Shown: one piece after another, positions 20,033 through 30,820 of the stretch
Layout of the letters: each line of letters starts with the position of its first letter
Numbering within the stretch: position 1 is the first letter of the stretch
From: an uncultured Synechococcaceae cyanobacterium
GTDB lineage: Bacteria > Cyanobacteriota > Cyanobacteriia > PCC-6307 > Cyanobiaceae
Direction of reading: 5' to 3'
Assembly (NCBI GenBank): GCA_902536065.1
Contig: CACAVZ010000001.1
Coordinates: 69,518 to 133,517, forward strand
Length of the DNA: 64,000 bases
The notes under the pieces: generated by a model
What the model saw: the letters and a program-made list of their open reading frames with translations, nothing else
The model's database searches: none
What the model was told of the DNA's origin: nothing
Program-made: the position numbers and the translations under genes

Positions 20033-21670
20033 ATGATACAAGCTAGTGTAATCCATATCAATTCTCCTTTTCTAGATCAAAAACCAGGCACTTCTGGTTT
20101 AAGAAAAAGTACTTTAAAGTTTCAGGAAGAACATTATCTAGAAGTTTTTATTGAAGCAATCTTACAATCATTGGAAGATATAAAAGGTTCAACATTAGTA
20201 GTTGGTGGTGATGGCAGATATGGAAATTCTGAAGCTATAGAAAAAATTGTCCAAATATGTATTGCTCATAAAGTTCAAAAGGTTATTGTTCCAAAATATG
20301 GTTTATTATCTACTCCTGCAACATCACATTTAATTAGAAAAGAAAACGCTATTGGTGGAATTATTCTTTCTGCAAGCCATAATCCTGGTGGGATTGATGG
20401 CGACTTTGGAGTGAAATTGAATATCTCGAATGGTGGCCCAGCTCCTGAGATAATTACTAATAAGATTTTCAAAGCTTCACAATTATTGACTAGTTATAAA
20501 ATTTGTAAAATTCAATTACCTGATTTTAGTGAATATGGAACTTATCATTACGGAGAAACTACCTTAGAAATTATTGATGGATTAACGGATTATTCTAATT
20601 TGATGGAGAAAATTTTTGATTTTGATCAAATTAGTGATTTTTTAAAAAAAGACTTCTCGTTAATCTTTGATGCAATGAATGCGGTTACAGGCCCATATGC
20701 AAAAAATATTTTTGTTGACAAAATGGGTCTTGCACATGATTGCGTCATGAATGGTAACCCGTTAAAAGATTTTGGAGGTTTACATCCTGATCCTAATCTT
20801 ACTTACGCATCCCAATTGGCTGATTTGTTATTAAATAAAAAATCTTATAGTTTTGGTGCTGCATGCGATGGAGATGGAGATAGGAATATGATCTTAGGAA
20901 GTGGATGTTTTGTGAATCCTAGTGATAGCCTTGCAGTTATCACTGCTAACACAAAATGTGTCCCTGGTTATAAAGATGGTATTACAGGTGTGGCACGATC
21001 CATGCCAACCAGCTCAGCTGTTGATAATGTTGCTCGAGCATTAAATATACCTTGTTTCGAGACACCTACTGGTTGGAAGTTTTTTGGAAATCTTTTAGAT
21101 TCTAATTTAATTACTTTGTGTGGAGAAGAAAGTTTCGGAACAGGTAGTAATCATGTGAGAGAGAAAGATGGACTATGGGCAGTTTTGTATTGGTTACAAG
21201 TTTTAGCTGAGAAAAAATGTTCGGTAAGTGATTTGATGCAGAATCATTGGAAACAATTTGGTAGGAATTATTATTCACGCCATGATTATGAGGCAATTCC
21301 TTCAAATATTGCTAATCAAATCTTTGGCAACCTAACTTCTATGCTCGAAAATTTAAAAGGAAATAGTTTTGCTGGCAATTTAGTTAAAGTTGCAGATAAC
21401 TTTTCATATTTAGATCCCGTTGATAATTCTACAAGTGAAAATCAAGGTTTAAGATTGGTGCTTGATGATAATTCCCGAGTAATTGTTCGCCTTTCTGGAA
21501 CTGGAACTAAAGGTGCAACATTAAGACTATATTTTGAAAAATTTTTCAATCCTCAACAGAATCTTTCGTTGAATCCTCAGATCGCTTTGAAACCTCTAAT
21601 AAATGATTTAGATGATTTATTAAACATTTCAAAACTTACTCAAATGGAAAGTCCTACAGTAATTACTTAG
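20033..21670 (+). CDS. pgm: Phosphoglucomutase
   Basis: DQKPGTSGLRK, SASHNPGG phosphoserine loop, DGDGDRN, CGEESFG. Confidence 0.97.
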   Translation: MIQASVIHINSPFLDQKPGTSGLRKSTLKFQEEHYLEVFIEAILQSLEDIKGSTLVVGGDGRYGNSEAIEKIVQICIAHKVQKVIVPKYGLLSTPATSHLIRKENAIGGIILSASHNPGGIDGDFGVKLNISNGGPAPEIITNKIFKASQLLTSYKICKIQLPDFSEYGTYHYGETTLEIIDGLTDYSNLMEKIFDFDQISDFLKKDFSLIFDAMNAVTGPYAKNIFVDKMGLAHDCVMNGNPLKDFGGLHPDPNLTYASQLADLLLNKKSYSFGAACDGDGDRNMILGSGCFVNPSDSLAVITANTKCVPGYKDGITGVARSMPTSSAVDNVARALNIPCFETPTGWKFFGNLLDSNLITLCGEESFGTGSNHVREKDGLWAVLYWLQVLAEKKCSVSDLMQNHWKQFGRNYYSRHDYEAIPSNIANQIFGNLTSMLENLKGNSFAGNLVKVADNFSYLDPVDNSTSENQGLRLVLDDNSRVIVRLSGTGTKGATLRLYFEKFFNPQQNLSLNPQIALKPLINDLDDLLNISKLTQMESPTVIT

Positions 21671-21703
21671 AATTGAAAGGAATGATTTTTTGATTTTATT
21701 GAT

Positions 21704-22990
21704 ATGTATTCAGAAAATTTATTTACTAATTGTTCTCAAATAGAAAATAATGCACCTTTGGCAGATAAATTAAGACCAAAGAATTTGGAAGATTTTTTTG
21801 GTCAACAACCAATTCTGAATGAGAATTCGCTTTTAAGAAATGCAATATTAAACGATAAGATTAGCAATTTTATTTTTTCTGGTCCTCCTGGTGTTGGAAA
21901 AACTACTCTTATTGAAATTATTTCCTTTAATACCCGTTCAAAACTAATTAAGTTAAATGCAGTATTATCAAGTGTTAAAGAATTAAGAAATGAAATCGCT
22001 AATGCAAAAGATAGATTAATAAATTCAAAAAGAAAAACAATTTTATTTATCGATGAGGTTCATAGATTTACATCAGTTCAGCAAGATGCCTTATTACCTT
22101 CAATAGAAAATGGAACAATAACTTTTATTGGTGCTACAACTGAAAATCCTTTTTTTGCTGTTAATAAAGCCCTTGTTAGTAGGTCTCGTATTTTTACATT
22201 GCTTCCTTTGTCAGAAAATGATTTGCAGAAAATAATAGAAAAAGTCATAATTTATTATTCTAAAAAAGATTCAAAAAAGGTTTATTTAACTCAAGATGCT
22301 ATAAATCACTTAATTAAATATTCTGGTGGTGATGCAAGAACATTAATCAATGCGCTAGAGATGGCCATAGAAACAACTGCTGAAAATGATGCTCAAGAAA
22401 TCAAGATTCATCTCTCAATAGCAGAGGATGCAATTCAAAAGAAAAATATTGTTTACGATAAAAATGGTCAAAATCATTATGATGTAATAAGTGCCTTTAT
22501 CAAGTCCATAAGAGGTTCAGATCCAGATGCAACTTTATTCTGGCTTGCTAATATGCTGGAGGCTGGTGAAGATCCTAATTTTATTTTTAGAAGACTACTT
22601 ATATCTTCATGTGAAGATATTGGAATAGCTGATCCTAATGCCATAGTAGTTGTACAATCCTGTTGTGATGCTTTTGAAAGAGTTGGTTTTCCAGAAGGAT
22701 TATATTTTTTAACGCAAGCTTCTTTATTTTTAGCTATGTCTCCAAAAAGTAATAGTACGAAAAGTATTTTTAAAGCAATTGAAACAATCAAATCTACCAA
22801 TGCTTTGGATGTTCCACTTCATTTAAAAAATAATTCTAATTGTTATGTCAATCCTCATAATTATCCAGGTAATTGGGTCGCACAAGAATATCTTCCTGAA
22901 TCTTTAAGAGGTTTAAAAATATGGCAACCAAATAATAATGGCTGGGAAAAAACTCAATATGAAGAACTGCTTAGAAGAAAAGAAAACTAA
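21704..22990 (+). CDS. rarA: RarA/MgsA replication-associated recombination AAA+ ATPase
   Basis: PLADKLRP, GPPGVGKTT, FIDEVHRF, GATTENP, HYDVISAFIKSIRGSDPDA. Confidence 0.9.
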   Translation: MYSENLFTNCSQIENNAPLADKLRPKNLEDFFGQQPILNENSLLRNAILNDKISNFIFSGPPGVGKTTLIEIISFNTRSKLIKLNAVLSSVKELRNEIANAKDRLINSKRKTILFIDEVHRFTSVQQDALLPSIENGTITFIGATTENPFFAVNKALVSRSRIFTLLPLSENDLQKIIEKVIIYYSKKDSKKVYLTQDAINHLIKYSGGDARTLINALEMAIETTAENDAQEIKIHLSIAEDAIQKKNIVYDKNGQNHYDVISAFIKSIRGSDPDATLFWLANMLEAGEDPNFIFRRLLISSCEDIGIADPNAIVVVQSCCDAFERVGFPEGLYFLTQASLFLAMSPKSNSTKSIFKAIETIKSTNALDVPLHLKNNSNCYVNPHNYPGNWVAQEYLPESLRGLKIWQPNNNGWEKTQYEELLRRKEN

Positions 22991-23643
22991 AAATTTTTAG
23001 AATAACAAATAATCTCAGGATTAAAAGAAGTTTTTTCCTCGTAAGCTAATGCGATAGTCCAATTATGGAAGTTAATCTGTGAATAATTTAAATGTATGTT
23101 TTTTTTCTTGTGAATTAACTCTTTTTGCTTTTCAAAAAATTGCCAATGTTTAATATCTTTTGCTAATTTTCCATGATCCCATTTTATAGCCGCTTCAATA
23201 GCACACCATTGATTTAATATCATATTTTTTGTTAAGTAATTATTATGGTTTGACTTATTAGTATGAAAAAAATATTTTTCTGCAAATTTTATGTGTTTAA
23301 AATCTCTATCTGTTCTCTCAATATCTATCCCTATTTTGCTTTTATGCCAGACTATAGTAATGGCATCTTTACAATGACTTAAACTGATATTCCCCATGCC
23401 AGAGGGTAAACTTGGAGGTTCTCCAGGACGAGCATTAATTGGAATTTCTAGGGGGTCTAAATCAAAAAGTGTTGAAAGTGATTGTCTCAAATAAGCTCTT
23501 GTTTCTAAGAAAATCTTTGATCTTGAAGTTGTTAGGTGTTTTGCAGTTTTAATTTCTTCTATAGTTGCGACATCTTGCACACCTTTAATCTCATAAAACC
23601 AAATTTTTGGTATTTTATATTCATACTCATTTAATAATTTCAA
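22987..23643 (-). CDS. Sfp-type 4'-phosphopantetheinyl transferase
   Basis: NISLSHC, IGIDIE and WCAIEAAIK motifs. Confidence 0.88.
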   Translation of the reverse strand: MKLLNEYEYKIPKIWFYEIKGVQDVATIEEIKTAKHLTTSRSKIFLETRAYLRQSLSTLFDLDPLEIPINARPGEPPSLPSGMGNISLSHCKDAITIVWHKSKIGIDIERTDRDFKHIKFAEKYFFHTNKSNHNNYLTKNMILNQWCAIEAAIKWDHGKLAKDIKHWQFFEKQKELIHKKKNIHLNYSQINFHNWTIALAYEEKTSFNPEIICYSKNF

Positions 23644-24110
23644 TGGCTCTTAAGGTTGGCGACAAAGCACCAGAATTTACATTAAAAGATTCTTTTGAGA
23701 AAGAAGTTTCTCTTGCTGATTTTAAAGGTAAAAGAATAATACTATATTTTTATCCAAAAGATAATACTCCAGGATGTACTAAAGAAGCATGCAATTTTAA
23801 AGAGAATTGGGATTTACTCCAAAAAAATAACATTGTTGTGCTTGGTATTAGTAAAGATAATGCATCCTCTCATCAGAAGTTTATAGAAAAATTTAATTTA
23901 CCTTTTATTCTTTTAACTGATCCGGATCCTTTCAAAGTTTCAACTAATTACGATAGCTATGGACTGAAGAAATTCATGGGAAAAGAATATATGGGAATGA
24001 TGAGAAATACTTTTGTAATTGATACTGAAGGTAATATCGAAAAAATTTACTTAAAGGTAAAAGCAGCAATAATGGCTGATCATATAATTGCAGACCTTGG
24101 CTTAAGCTAG
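23643..24110 (+). CDS. bcp: Peroxiredoxin Bcp/PrxQ
   Basis: LKVGDKAPEF and YFYPKDNTPGCTKEAC; start set at ATG 23643 (MALKVG). Confidence 0.95.
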   Translation: MALKVGDKAPEFTLKDSFEKEVSLADFKGKRIILYFYPKDNTPGCTKEACNFKENWDLLQKNNIVVLGISKDNASSHQKFIEKFNLPFILLTDPDPFKVSTNYDSYGLKKFMGKEYMGMMRNTFVIDTEGNIEKIYLKVKAAIMADHIIADLGLS

Positions 24111-24797
24111 TTTCCTAACGGATTGATGGTGAATAATCATCCCCTCCATAACTAAATTAGGAGCATTGATAATATTTTCTTTTTGCGTCTTAAGAGATTT
24201 TGTGAGTAATTGAGAGTCTCCTCCACAGATTATTAAAATATCCTTTTCGGGATAAAATAAACTATCAATCACGCCAGTAAGAGAGTTGATTACTCCTTTT
24301 AAGATTGCTTCTTCTGTATTAATTAAAAAATCTTTGCTAGGAATATCATATTTTTTGGGAACTTTAAGATTTTTTGTATTTTGTTCCATTGATTTTAATT
24401 GTGTTAGAAAACCTGGAAGAAGTTGACCACCAATAATAGATCCATTTGAATTCAATTTTGTTATTGACAATATTGTTCCAAAATCTGCAATTAGCAAATC
24501 TTTTTTGAAAGGGTTTTCAATAATTTTTAAAGCGGCTATACAGGCAAGAGCTCTATCAACTCCAAAATAATCAGGAAGATTTGATAACTGAATATCTTTA
24601 GTTTTTATTTCATTTTCTTTTTTCAGCAAAAAATTTGGTAGTTTTCCTACAGAAGCCCAGATTAATTGATCAAGATCTATATTTTCGGGAACTTTTTGCT
24701 CTTTTTTGGTATGGAAGAATTTAGATTGATTTTTAGAATATTTTGCCCAATGAAGCCTACTATTGCCTACTAATAAAAAATTTATATCTGAGACCAT
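24102..24797 (-). CDS. coaX: Type III pantothenate kinase
   Basis: VGNSRLHWA, GVDRA, ADFGT, GGQLLPG, CGGD motifs. Confidence 0.9.
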   Translation of the reverse strand: MVSDINFLLVGNSRLHWAKYSKNQSKFFHTKKEQKVPENIDLDQLIWASVGKLPNFLLKKENEIKTKDIQLSNLPDYFGVDRALACIAALKIIENPFKKDLLIADFGTILSITKLNSNGSIIGGQLLPGFLTQLKSMEQNTKNLKVPKKYDIPSKDFLINTEEAILKGVINSLTGVIDSLFYPEKDILIICGGDSQLLTKSLKTQKENIINAPNLVMEGMIIHHQSVRKLA

Positions 24798-24812
24798 TGT
24801 TCTATGATCAAT

Positions 24813-25535
24813 TTAATTCTTAGTGTGTATCCCACATTCTTGTTTAATCCCCCCAAATCTTGTGTCTCTGCCCTTTGTTTTATTACCATCGGGACTGCTT
24901 GAATGCCAATCTCCTACAGAAGAATAACCTTTGATAAAAAGTGGATGGGCAGGCAAGTTATTATTTTCCATATAATAAAAAATATCTTTATTTGTCCAAT
25001 TTAATAAAGGTCTTAAAGAAAGTCTTTGACGTATTACGTCTATGAATTTCATTTTTTTTCTATTCTCTGTTTGACTTGATCTAACACCGCTAGCCCAGCA
25101 GAAAATATCATATTTTTCTAGACCATTTTCTAAAGGTTTTATCTTTCTCAATTCATGATACTTATCTAAATCACTCTCTTTATTTGTTTCCCAAAGTTTT
25201 CCGTATTTAGCCTCCATTCTTGCTGGAGATAATTCACTTTGCAGAACTTCAACTTCTAAGGATAAATTATCAATAAGCTTTTCAGCGTAATGGTATGTTT
25301 CTGGAGGTAAGTATCCTGTATCTATCCAAAATATTTTGATTTTTTTTTGTAGACATAATTTACTGACCATATCTAAAAGGACTGATGACTGTATTCCAAA
25401 ACTTGTTGTAATAGCAAATTTATTATCAAACTTTTCATAACCCCATGTAAGCATTTCTTGAGGCTTCATTTCTACTAGCTCTTGATTAAATTTCTTCAAG
25501 TTAGTTTGAATATCTTTTTGGATTTTTTCAATCAT
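24813..25535 (-). CDS. cysH: Phosphoadenylyl-sulfate (PAPS) reductase
   Basis: TTSFG, IDTGYL, GYSSVGDWH, ECGIH end; no Fe-S CC motif. Confidence 0.96.
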   Translation of the reverse strand: MIEKIQKDIQTNLKKFNQELVEMKPQEMLTWGYEKFDNKFAITTSFGIQSSVLLDMVSKLCLQKKIKIFWIDTGYLPPETYHYAEKLIDNLSLEVEVLQSELSPARMEAKYGKLWETNKESDLDKYHELRKIKPLENGLEKYDIFCWASGVRSSQTENRKKMKFIDVIRQRLSLRPLLNWTNKDIFYYMENNNLPAHPLFIKGYSSVGDWHSSSPDGNKTKGRDTRFGGIKQECGIHTKN

Positions 25536-25631
25536 TCTTCATTTAGGTTATGAGTTTGATTTTTATTTCGCTCAATTTAAAAATTATTCGTATAGTTTAA
25601 TAATACATTTACGCATAACAATATTTCTCTA

Positions 25632-26825
25632 ATGAAATCAATACAAAAACCAATAGTAATAGTTGGAGCAGGTTTTGCAGGTATGACATTTGCCTTGAAT
25701 TTAAAGAATCTTAATCCTTCTTTACCGATTATTGTGGTTGATTCTGAAACTAACTTTATATTTAAACCTTTAATGTATGAAGTTTTAAGTAAAGAAATAA
25801 GAAGTTGGGAAGCCTCCCCAAAATTTGCAAATATTTTTTCTGATGCGGGTATAACTTTTTTAAGAAATTGTTTAACAAAAATTTATTTCAAAGAAAATAT
25901 TCTTGAATTTAGTGACGATTTAAAATTAAGTTATCAGTATCTTATTATCTGTACAGGATCTATTCCAAATAGTTTTTTCATAAAAGGTGTAGATGAAAAT
26001 TGTTATTTTTTTAATGATGTTCACGATCTAAAAAAATTAAATTCTTTTCTAAAAAAATCACAAGATACCGACTTGCATAAAAAGTTATTCATAGTTGGAG
26101 GTGGTCCCTCTGGTATAGAGTTGGCATGTAAAATTAAAGATATCTTTATTGACCAATTTGAAATAAATATTGTAGAAAAATCAAATGAAATTCTTAATAG
26201 AAATAAAATTTTTAATAGAGAGCAAGCAGAGAAGGCACTAGAAAAAAGAAAAATTAACATCTTTTTAAATTCTACAGTTAGAGAAGTCTCAGAAACTAAA
26301 ATTAATATTTCCAATGATGATGGAATAACTTCTTTAGATAAAGATATTGTTATTTGGACCGCAGGTGTTAAACCTAATTTGTCTTATTTAGAAACTGATG
26401 AAATAACAAAAAAATTTGGAAGAATTTTAGTTAATAACAATTTGCAAATAGAAAACTATAAAAATTGTTTTGCTATTGGCGATATTTCAATTATTGAGGG
26501 AATGGAGGATTTACCCATAACAGCACAAGTTGCTATGCAGGAAGGAAATCATCTGGCTACAAATCTAGAACTAATTATTCAAGGAAAGGATGCTTTACCT
26601 TTTGAATTCCAAGACAATGGTGAAATGATTAGCTTGGGAATAGGTGAAGCTTCAATTTCTGGGCTCGGCGTTACTTTATCTGGGAAATTAGCTTTTGAGG
26701 CAAGAAGACTTATATATGCTTCCAAGTTGCCTGATATTATGGAAAGCTTAAAATCTGCATCTTCTTGGATATTCCAAAAAAAATCTATTTTTAAAAAGTT
26801 TCTTAAAAAAGATAATTCAATTTAA
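25632..26825 (+). CDS. Type II NADH dehydrogenase-family flavoprotein
   Basis: GAGFAG FAD motif, FKPLMYE, GGGPSGIELA, TAQVAMQEG. Confidence 0.9.
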   Translation: MKSIQKPIVIVGAGFAGMTFALNLKNLNPSLPIIVVDSETNFIFKPLMYEVLSKEIRSWEASPKFANIFSDAGITFLRNCLTKIYFKENILEFSDDLKLSYQYLIICTGSIPNSFFIKGVDENCYFFNDVHDLKKLNSFLKKSQDTDLHKKLFIVGGGPSGIELACKIKDIFIDQFEINIVEKSNEILNRNKIFNREQAEKALEKRKINIFLNSTVREVSETKINISNDDGITSLDKDIVIWTAGVKPNLSYLETDEITKKFGRILVNNNLQIENYKNCFAIGDISIIEGMEDLPITAQVAMQEGNHLATNLELIIQGKDALPFEFQDNGEMISLGIGEASISGLGVTLSGKLAFEARRLIYASKLPDIMESLKSASSWIFQKKSIFKKFLKKDNSI

Positions 26826-26874
26826 ACTTTTTTGAAATATTGTTTTTGGTTATATTGAGTTAAATAAGTTTCGT

Positions 26875-28683
26875 ATGAATTTAATTGCCGTAGTTAGTAA
26901 TAATTTTGATGCGTTTATCACGGTAGTTGTTTTAATAATGTCAATAATTTTGTTTATCAAAAATACTATTGCTCCAGAATTGACTGGTTTGTTATGTGTT
27001 GGAATATTTATAGCCACAGGGGTTCTTTCTCCAGAAAAAGCTTTAGCTGGATTTGGCAGTCCATCTTTAATTACCCTTATGGGTTTATTTGCAGTTTCAT
27101 CTGCATTATTTAAAAGTGGTGCTTTAGATAGAGTAAGAGAATTGATTTCTTCTGAAAGTATTAGAACGCCAAGGAAATTAATTTCATTAATAGCTTTTTT
27201 GATTGCACCAATATCTGGAATTGTACCTAATACACCTGTAGTAGCATCTTTGTTACCTTTGATTGAAGGTTGGTGCGAGCGGAGAAATATATCACCATCA
27301 AAGGTTTTATTACCTCTCTCTTTTGCTACTTTGCTTGGCGGAACTCTGACATTATTAGGTAGCTCAGTAAATCTTCTTGTAAGTGATATTAGTCAACAAT
27401 TAGGTTATGGAGCTTTGGAATTATTTAGTTTGACTGCAATTGGAATTCCTGTGTGGCTTATAGGTACAATCTACATGATTCTAGTTTCTGACATGCTTTT
27501 GCCAGATAGAGGGAGGGATAAGGATTTTATTAAAAATGGTGATATGAATATATATTTTACTGAAGTTACTATTCCCTCGACTTCAGAATTAGTTGGACAA
27601 TCTGTTAGAAATAGTAGATTACAAAGACGATTTGACGTTGATGTTCTCGAATTACAACGAAATGGAAAAGTTATTCTTCCTCCTTTGGCAGATAGAAAGA
27701 TTGAACCGGATGATAGATTAATAATACGCGTTACGAGGGCTGACTTATTTAGGTTGCAGCAAGAACATACCATATTGTTAGGAGAGAATAAAACATCTTT
27801 CGAGGGAGCTAATGTTTTCTCAGATGATGAAGGTACTAAAACCTTTGAAGCGTTGTTACCAGCAGGCTCAACTTTAGCTGGTGCAAGTTTGAGAGAATTA
27901 AGATTCAGGCAACGTCATAATGCAACAGTTTTGGCATTGAGAAGAGGCCAACAAACTGTTCAGGAGAGATTAGGCCAAGCTGTTTTAAGAGCAGGCGATG
28001 TTTTATTATTGCAAGCCCCGTTAGATTCAATTAGAGGTTTACAGGCTAGTAATGATTTGCTGATTTTAGATCAATTCGAAGATGATTTACCTGTCTTGAT
28101 AAAAAAACCTATCTCAATTGCGATAGCAATAGGAATGGTGGTTTTGCCTTCGGTTACTAATATTCCTTTAGTAGGTTCAGTTCTTTTGGCGGTGATTGCA
28201 ATGGTTGCTTTTGGATGTTTAAGACCTGCAGAAATACAAAAATCAATTAGGTTAGACGTTATTTTATTACTGGGATCTTTATCGTGTTTTAGTGTTGCTA
28301 TGCAGGTAACAGGATTAGCAGATTTAATTGCATTCAATCTTAATTTTGCTCTTGATGGGTTGCCTTTGTATTTTGCACTAGTCGTAGTTTTTGTATCGAC
28401 CGTTATTCTTACCCAATTTATTAGTAATGCTGCTTCTGTTGCCTTGATCTTGCCCGTTGCTATTGAATTTTCGAACGTTTTAGGGATTTCACCCAGTGCT
28501 TTAATAATGCTTGTTTTATTTGGAGCAAGTCAATCTTTTTTGACTCCAATGGGTTATCAAACAAATTTAATGGTTTATGGTCCTGGAAGATATAGATTTT
28601 TTGATATCGCGAAATATGGAGCTGGTTTAACACTTATAATGTCATTTACAGTGCCAGCATTGATAATTTTAAATTTTAGATAA
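26875..28683 (+). CDS. SLC13/CitMHS-type anion symporter with two TrkA-C domains
   Basis: Multi-TM, GGTLTLLGSSVNL, ISNAAS, TPMGYQTNLMVYGPG, central RCK_C repeats. Confidence 0.9.
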   Translation: MNLIAVVSNNFDAFITVVVLIMSIILFIKNTIAPELTGLLCVGIFIATGVLSPEKALAGFGSPSLITLMGLFAVSSALFKSGALDRVRELISSESIRTPRKLISLIAFLIAPISGIVPNTPVVASLLPLIEGWCERRNISPSKVLLPLSFATLLGGTLTLLGSSVNLLVSDISQQLGYGALELFSLTAIGIPVWLIGTIYMILVSDMLLPDRGRDKDFIKNGDMNIYFTEVTIPSTSELVGQSVRNSRLQRRFDVDVLELQRNGKVILPPLADRKIEPDDRLIIRVTRADLFRLQQEHTILLGENKTSFEGANVFSDDEGTKTFEALLPAGSTLAGASLRELRFRQRHNATVLALRRGQQTVQERLGQAVLRAGDVLLLQAPLDSIRGLQASNDLLILDQFEDDLPVLIKKPISIAIAIGMVVLPSVTNIPLVGSVLLAVIAMVAFGCLRPAEIQKSIRLDVILLLGSLSCFSVAMQVTGLADLIAFNLNFALDGLPLYFALVVVFVSTVILTQFISNAASVALILPVAIEFSNVLGISPSALIMLVLFGASQSFLTPMGYQTNLMVYGPGRYRFFDIAKYGAGLTLIMSFTVPALIILNFR

Positions 28684-28688
28684 ATAAA

Positions 28689-30092
28689 GTGAAATTCACA
28701 GGAAACGTTTACAAGTTAAAAGATGCTTACAGAAAACTATCTGTACCTCAATTTACTATCGTTACAGGATTGGTTATTATTTTTTTTGGAACTTTAATTT
28801 TAAGTTCTCCTTTATGTTCATCTTCAAAGGTTGGTTTGTGGGAGGCATTTTTTACCTCTACATCTGCAATAACCGTTACTGGCTTGACTATTATAGATAT
28901 TGGTATTGATTTGAATTTCTTTGGCCAATTTGTCTTGGCTTTTATGCTTTTATCAGGTGGTCTTGGATTAATGGCTATTACTACATTTCTACAAGGTTTT
29001 GTTGTAAAGGGGACAAAGCTAAGAACTAGATTAGATAAAGGAAAAACTCTTGATGAATTCGGAGTTGGAGGAATTGGCCGAACTTTTCAAAGCATTGCTA
29101 TAACTGCAACTTGTATTATATCTTTAGGCGCATTTGTTTTATTTTCTTTTGGATTTGTAGATATTCAAAATAATTGGGAAAGACTTTGGTCCTCAATTTT
29201 TCACAGCATTTCTGCCTATAACAATGCAGGATTTTCTTTATTTTCCAATAGTCTTCAAAACTATAGAAGAAATTTTTTGGTTAATACTGTATTTGTTTTT
29301 CTCATTGTCATGGGTGGACTAGGATGGCGGGTTATTGATGATATTTGGAGTAATAAAAAAAATCTTTCTTATAAAAAATTGAGTCTTCATTCCAGACTAG
29401 TTATTAGGACAAGTTTGTCTCTAATATTATTCGGATCATTAGGATTCTTTGTTACTGAATCATTGCTTAATAGTCAATTTTTTAATGATTTGAATTTGTT
29501 TGAAAGGTTATTGTCATCTATCTTCGAAACAGTTAGTGCAAGAACTGCAGGCTTTACAAATTTTCCCATTTCCTTGAACTCTATCTCAGATACTGGCCTC
29601 TTATTATTAATGACACTTATGTTTATTGGAGCAAGTACTGGAGGTACAGGTGGAGGCATAAAAACAACTACATTTATTGCTTTAATGGCTGCAACTAGAT
29701 CAACTTTAAGAGGGCAGAAAGATGTAATTATTAGCAATAGATTAATTTCAGATAAAGTTATTCTCAAGGCAGTTGGAATTACAGTAGGATCATTGCTCTT
29801 TGTTCTTTTAATGGCAATGTTGCTTAGTACAACTAATACTTTTGTTAAAAAAGAATCATTCACATTCCTGGAAATTCTTTTTACTTGCATATCTGCATTT
29901 GCAACAGTTGGTTTTGATATCGGTTTAACTGCAAAATTAAATCATTTTGGCCAATTTATTCTTATTGTCGGTATGTTTGTGGGTAGACTTGGGATCCTTC
30001 TGCTTTTAAGTGCACTTTGGCAGGCCCTTTATAAAAGTAGAATAGATAGACAAAAGAGAATTGGCTATCCTAGGGCTGATCTCTATGTTTAA
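28689..30092 (+). CDS. ktrB: Ktr/Trk potassium uptake membrane subunit
   Basis: Four pore loops: SAITVTGL, SAYNNAGF, SARTAGF, SAFATVG; GGTGGGIK. Confidence 0.93.
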   Translation: MKFTGNVYKLKDAYRKLSVPQFTIVTGLVIIFFGTLILSSPLCSSSKVGLWEAFFTSTSAITVTGLTIIDIGIDLNFFGQFVLAFMLLSGGLGLMAITTFLQGFVVKGTKLRTRLDKGKTLDEFGVGGIGRTFQSIAITATCIISLGAFVLFSFGFVDIQNNWERLWSSIFHSISAYNNAGFSLFSNSLQNYRRNFLVNTVFVFLIVMGGLGWRVIDDIWSNKKNLSYKKLSLHSRLVIRTSLSLILFGSLGFFVTESLLNSQFFNDLNLFERLLSSIFETVSARTAGFTNFPISLNSISDTGLLLLMTLMFIGASTGGTGGGIKTTTFIALMAATRSTLRGQKDVIISNRLISDKVILKAVGITVGSLLFVLLMAMLLSTTNTFVKKESFTFLEILFTCISAFATVGFDIGLTAKLNHFGQFILIVGMFVGRLGILLLLSALWQALYKSRIDRQKRIGYPRADLYV

Positions 30093-30110
30093 GATTGATT
30101 AAGTTTAATT

Positions 30111-30815
30111 ATGGCTGATTGGTGGCAGTGGTCTCAAAAAAAAGGAAATGAAGCACTCACTTTTGCAGTTGTTGGTGTTGGAAGATTTGGAACCGCAGTA
30201 TGTAGAGAACTTATTAGTAATGGTGCAGATGTTTTGGCTGCAGATTATTCTGAAAAAGCTATTGACGATTTAAGACAATTGGAACCTTCGATAGAAGCTA
30301 GAGTTGTAGATTGCACTGATGAAGAGTCTATGAAAGAATCTGGAATTCTTGAAATGAATACTGTTGTAGTGGGTATTAGTGAACCTATTGAAGCAAGTAT
30401 AACTACAACACTTATTGCTAAGGATAGTGAAGGCAGCAAAGTGCAAAGAGTAATAGCGAGAGCTACGAGTGACTTGCATGAAAAAATGTTAAAAAGGGTA
30501 GGTGCAGATAAAGTTGTTTTTCCATCTAGGATGCAAGGAGAAAGATTAGGCTTAGAACTGGTTAGACCAAATTTAATTGAAAGATTAGAATTAGATAACC
30601 AAACTGGTATAGATGAAATAACTGTTCCAGAGGAATTTATTGGAAGATCTTTAAGAGATTTAAATTTGAGGAAAAATTATTTAGTAAATGTTCTTGCGGC
30701 TGGACCTGCGGAAGAGTTAACAGTGAATCCTCCAGCAAAATACATTTTGGAAAGAGGCAATATTTTGGTAGTTATGGGTAAAACTGTAGATTTACAGAAA
30801 TTGCCTCAAAATTAA
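30111..30815 (+). CDS. ktrA: Ktr/Trk potassium uptake NAD-binding subunit
   Basis: FAVVGVGRFG Rossmann motif, GADKVVFP, RCK_C domain. Confidence 0.93.
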   Translation: MADWWQWSQKKGNEALTFAVVGVGRFGTAVCRELISNGADVLAADYSEKAIDDLRQLEPSIEARVVDCTDEESMKESGILEMNTVVVGISEPIEASITTTLIAKDSEGSKVQRVIARATSDLHEKMLKRVGADKVVFPSRMQGERLGLELVRPNLIERLELDNQTGIDEITVPEEFIGRSLRDLNLRKNYLVNVLAAGPAEELTVNPPAKYILERGNILVVMGKTVDLQKLPQN

Positions 30816-30820
30816 TTTTT

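Noticed and set aside
21704-22990. RarA shorter than the long cyanobacterial form I recall
   Set aside because: All core motifs and the QEYLP C-terminal motif are intact and there is no downstream remnant, so it is not a pseudogene.
22987-23643. Sfp-type PPTase as a marker of an NRPS/PKS cluster
   Set aside because: No synthase genes nearby; cyanobacteria commonly use an Sfp-type enzyme for fatty-acid ACP.
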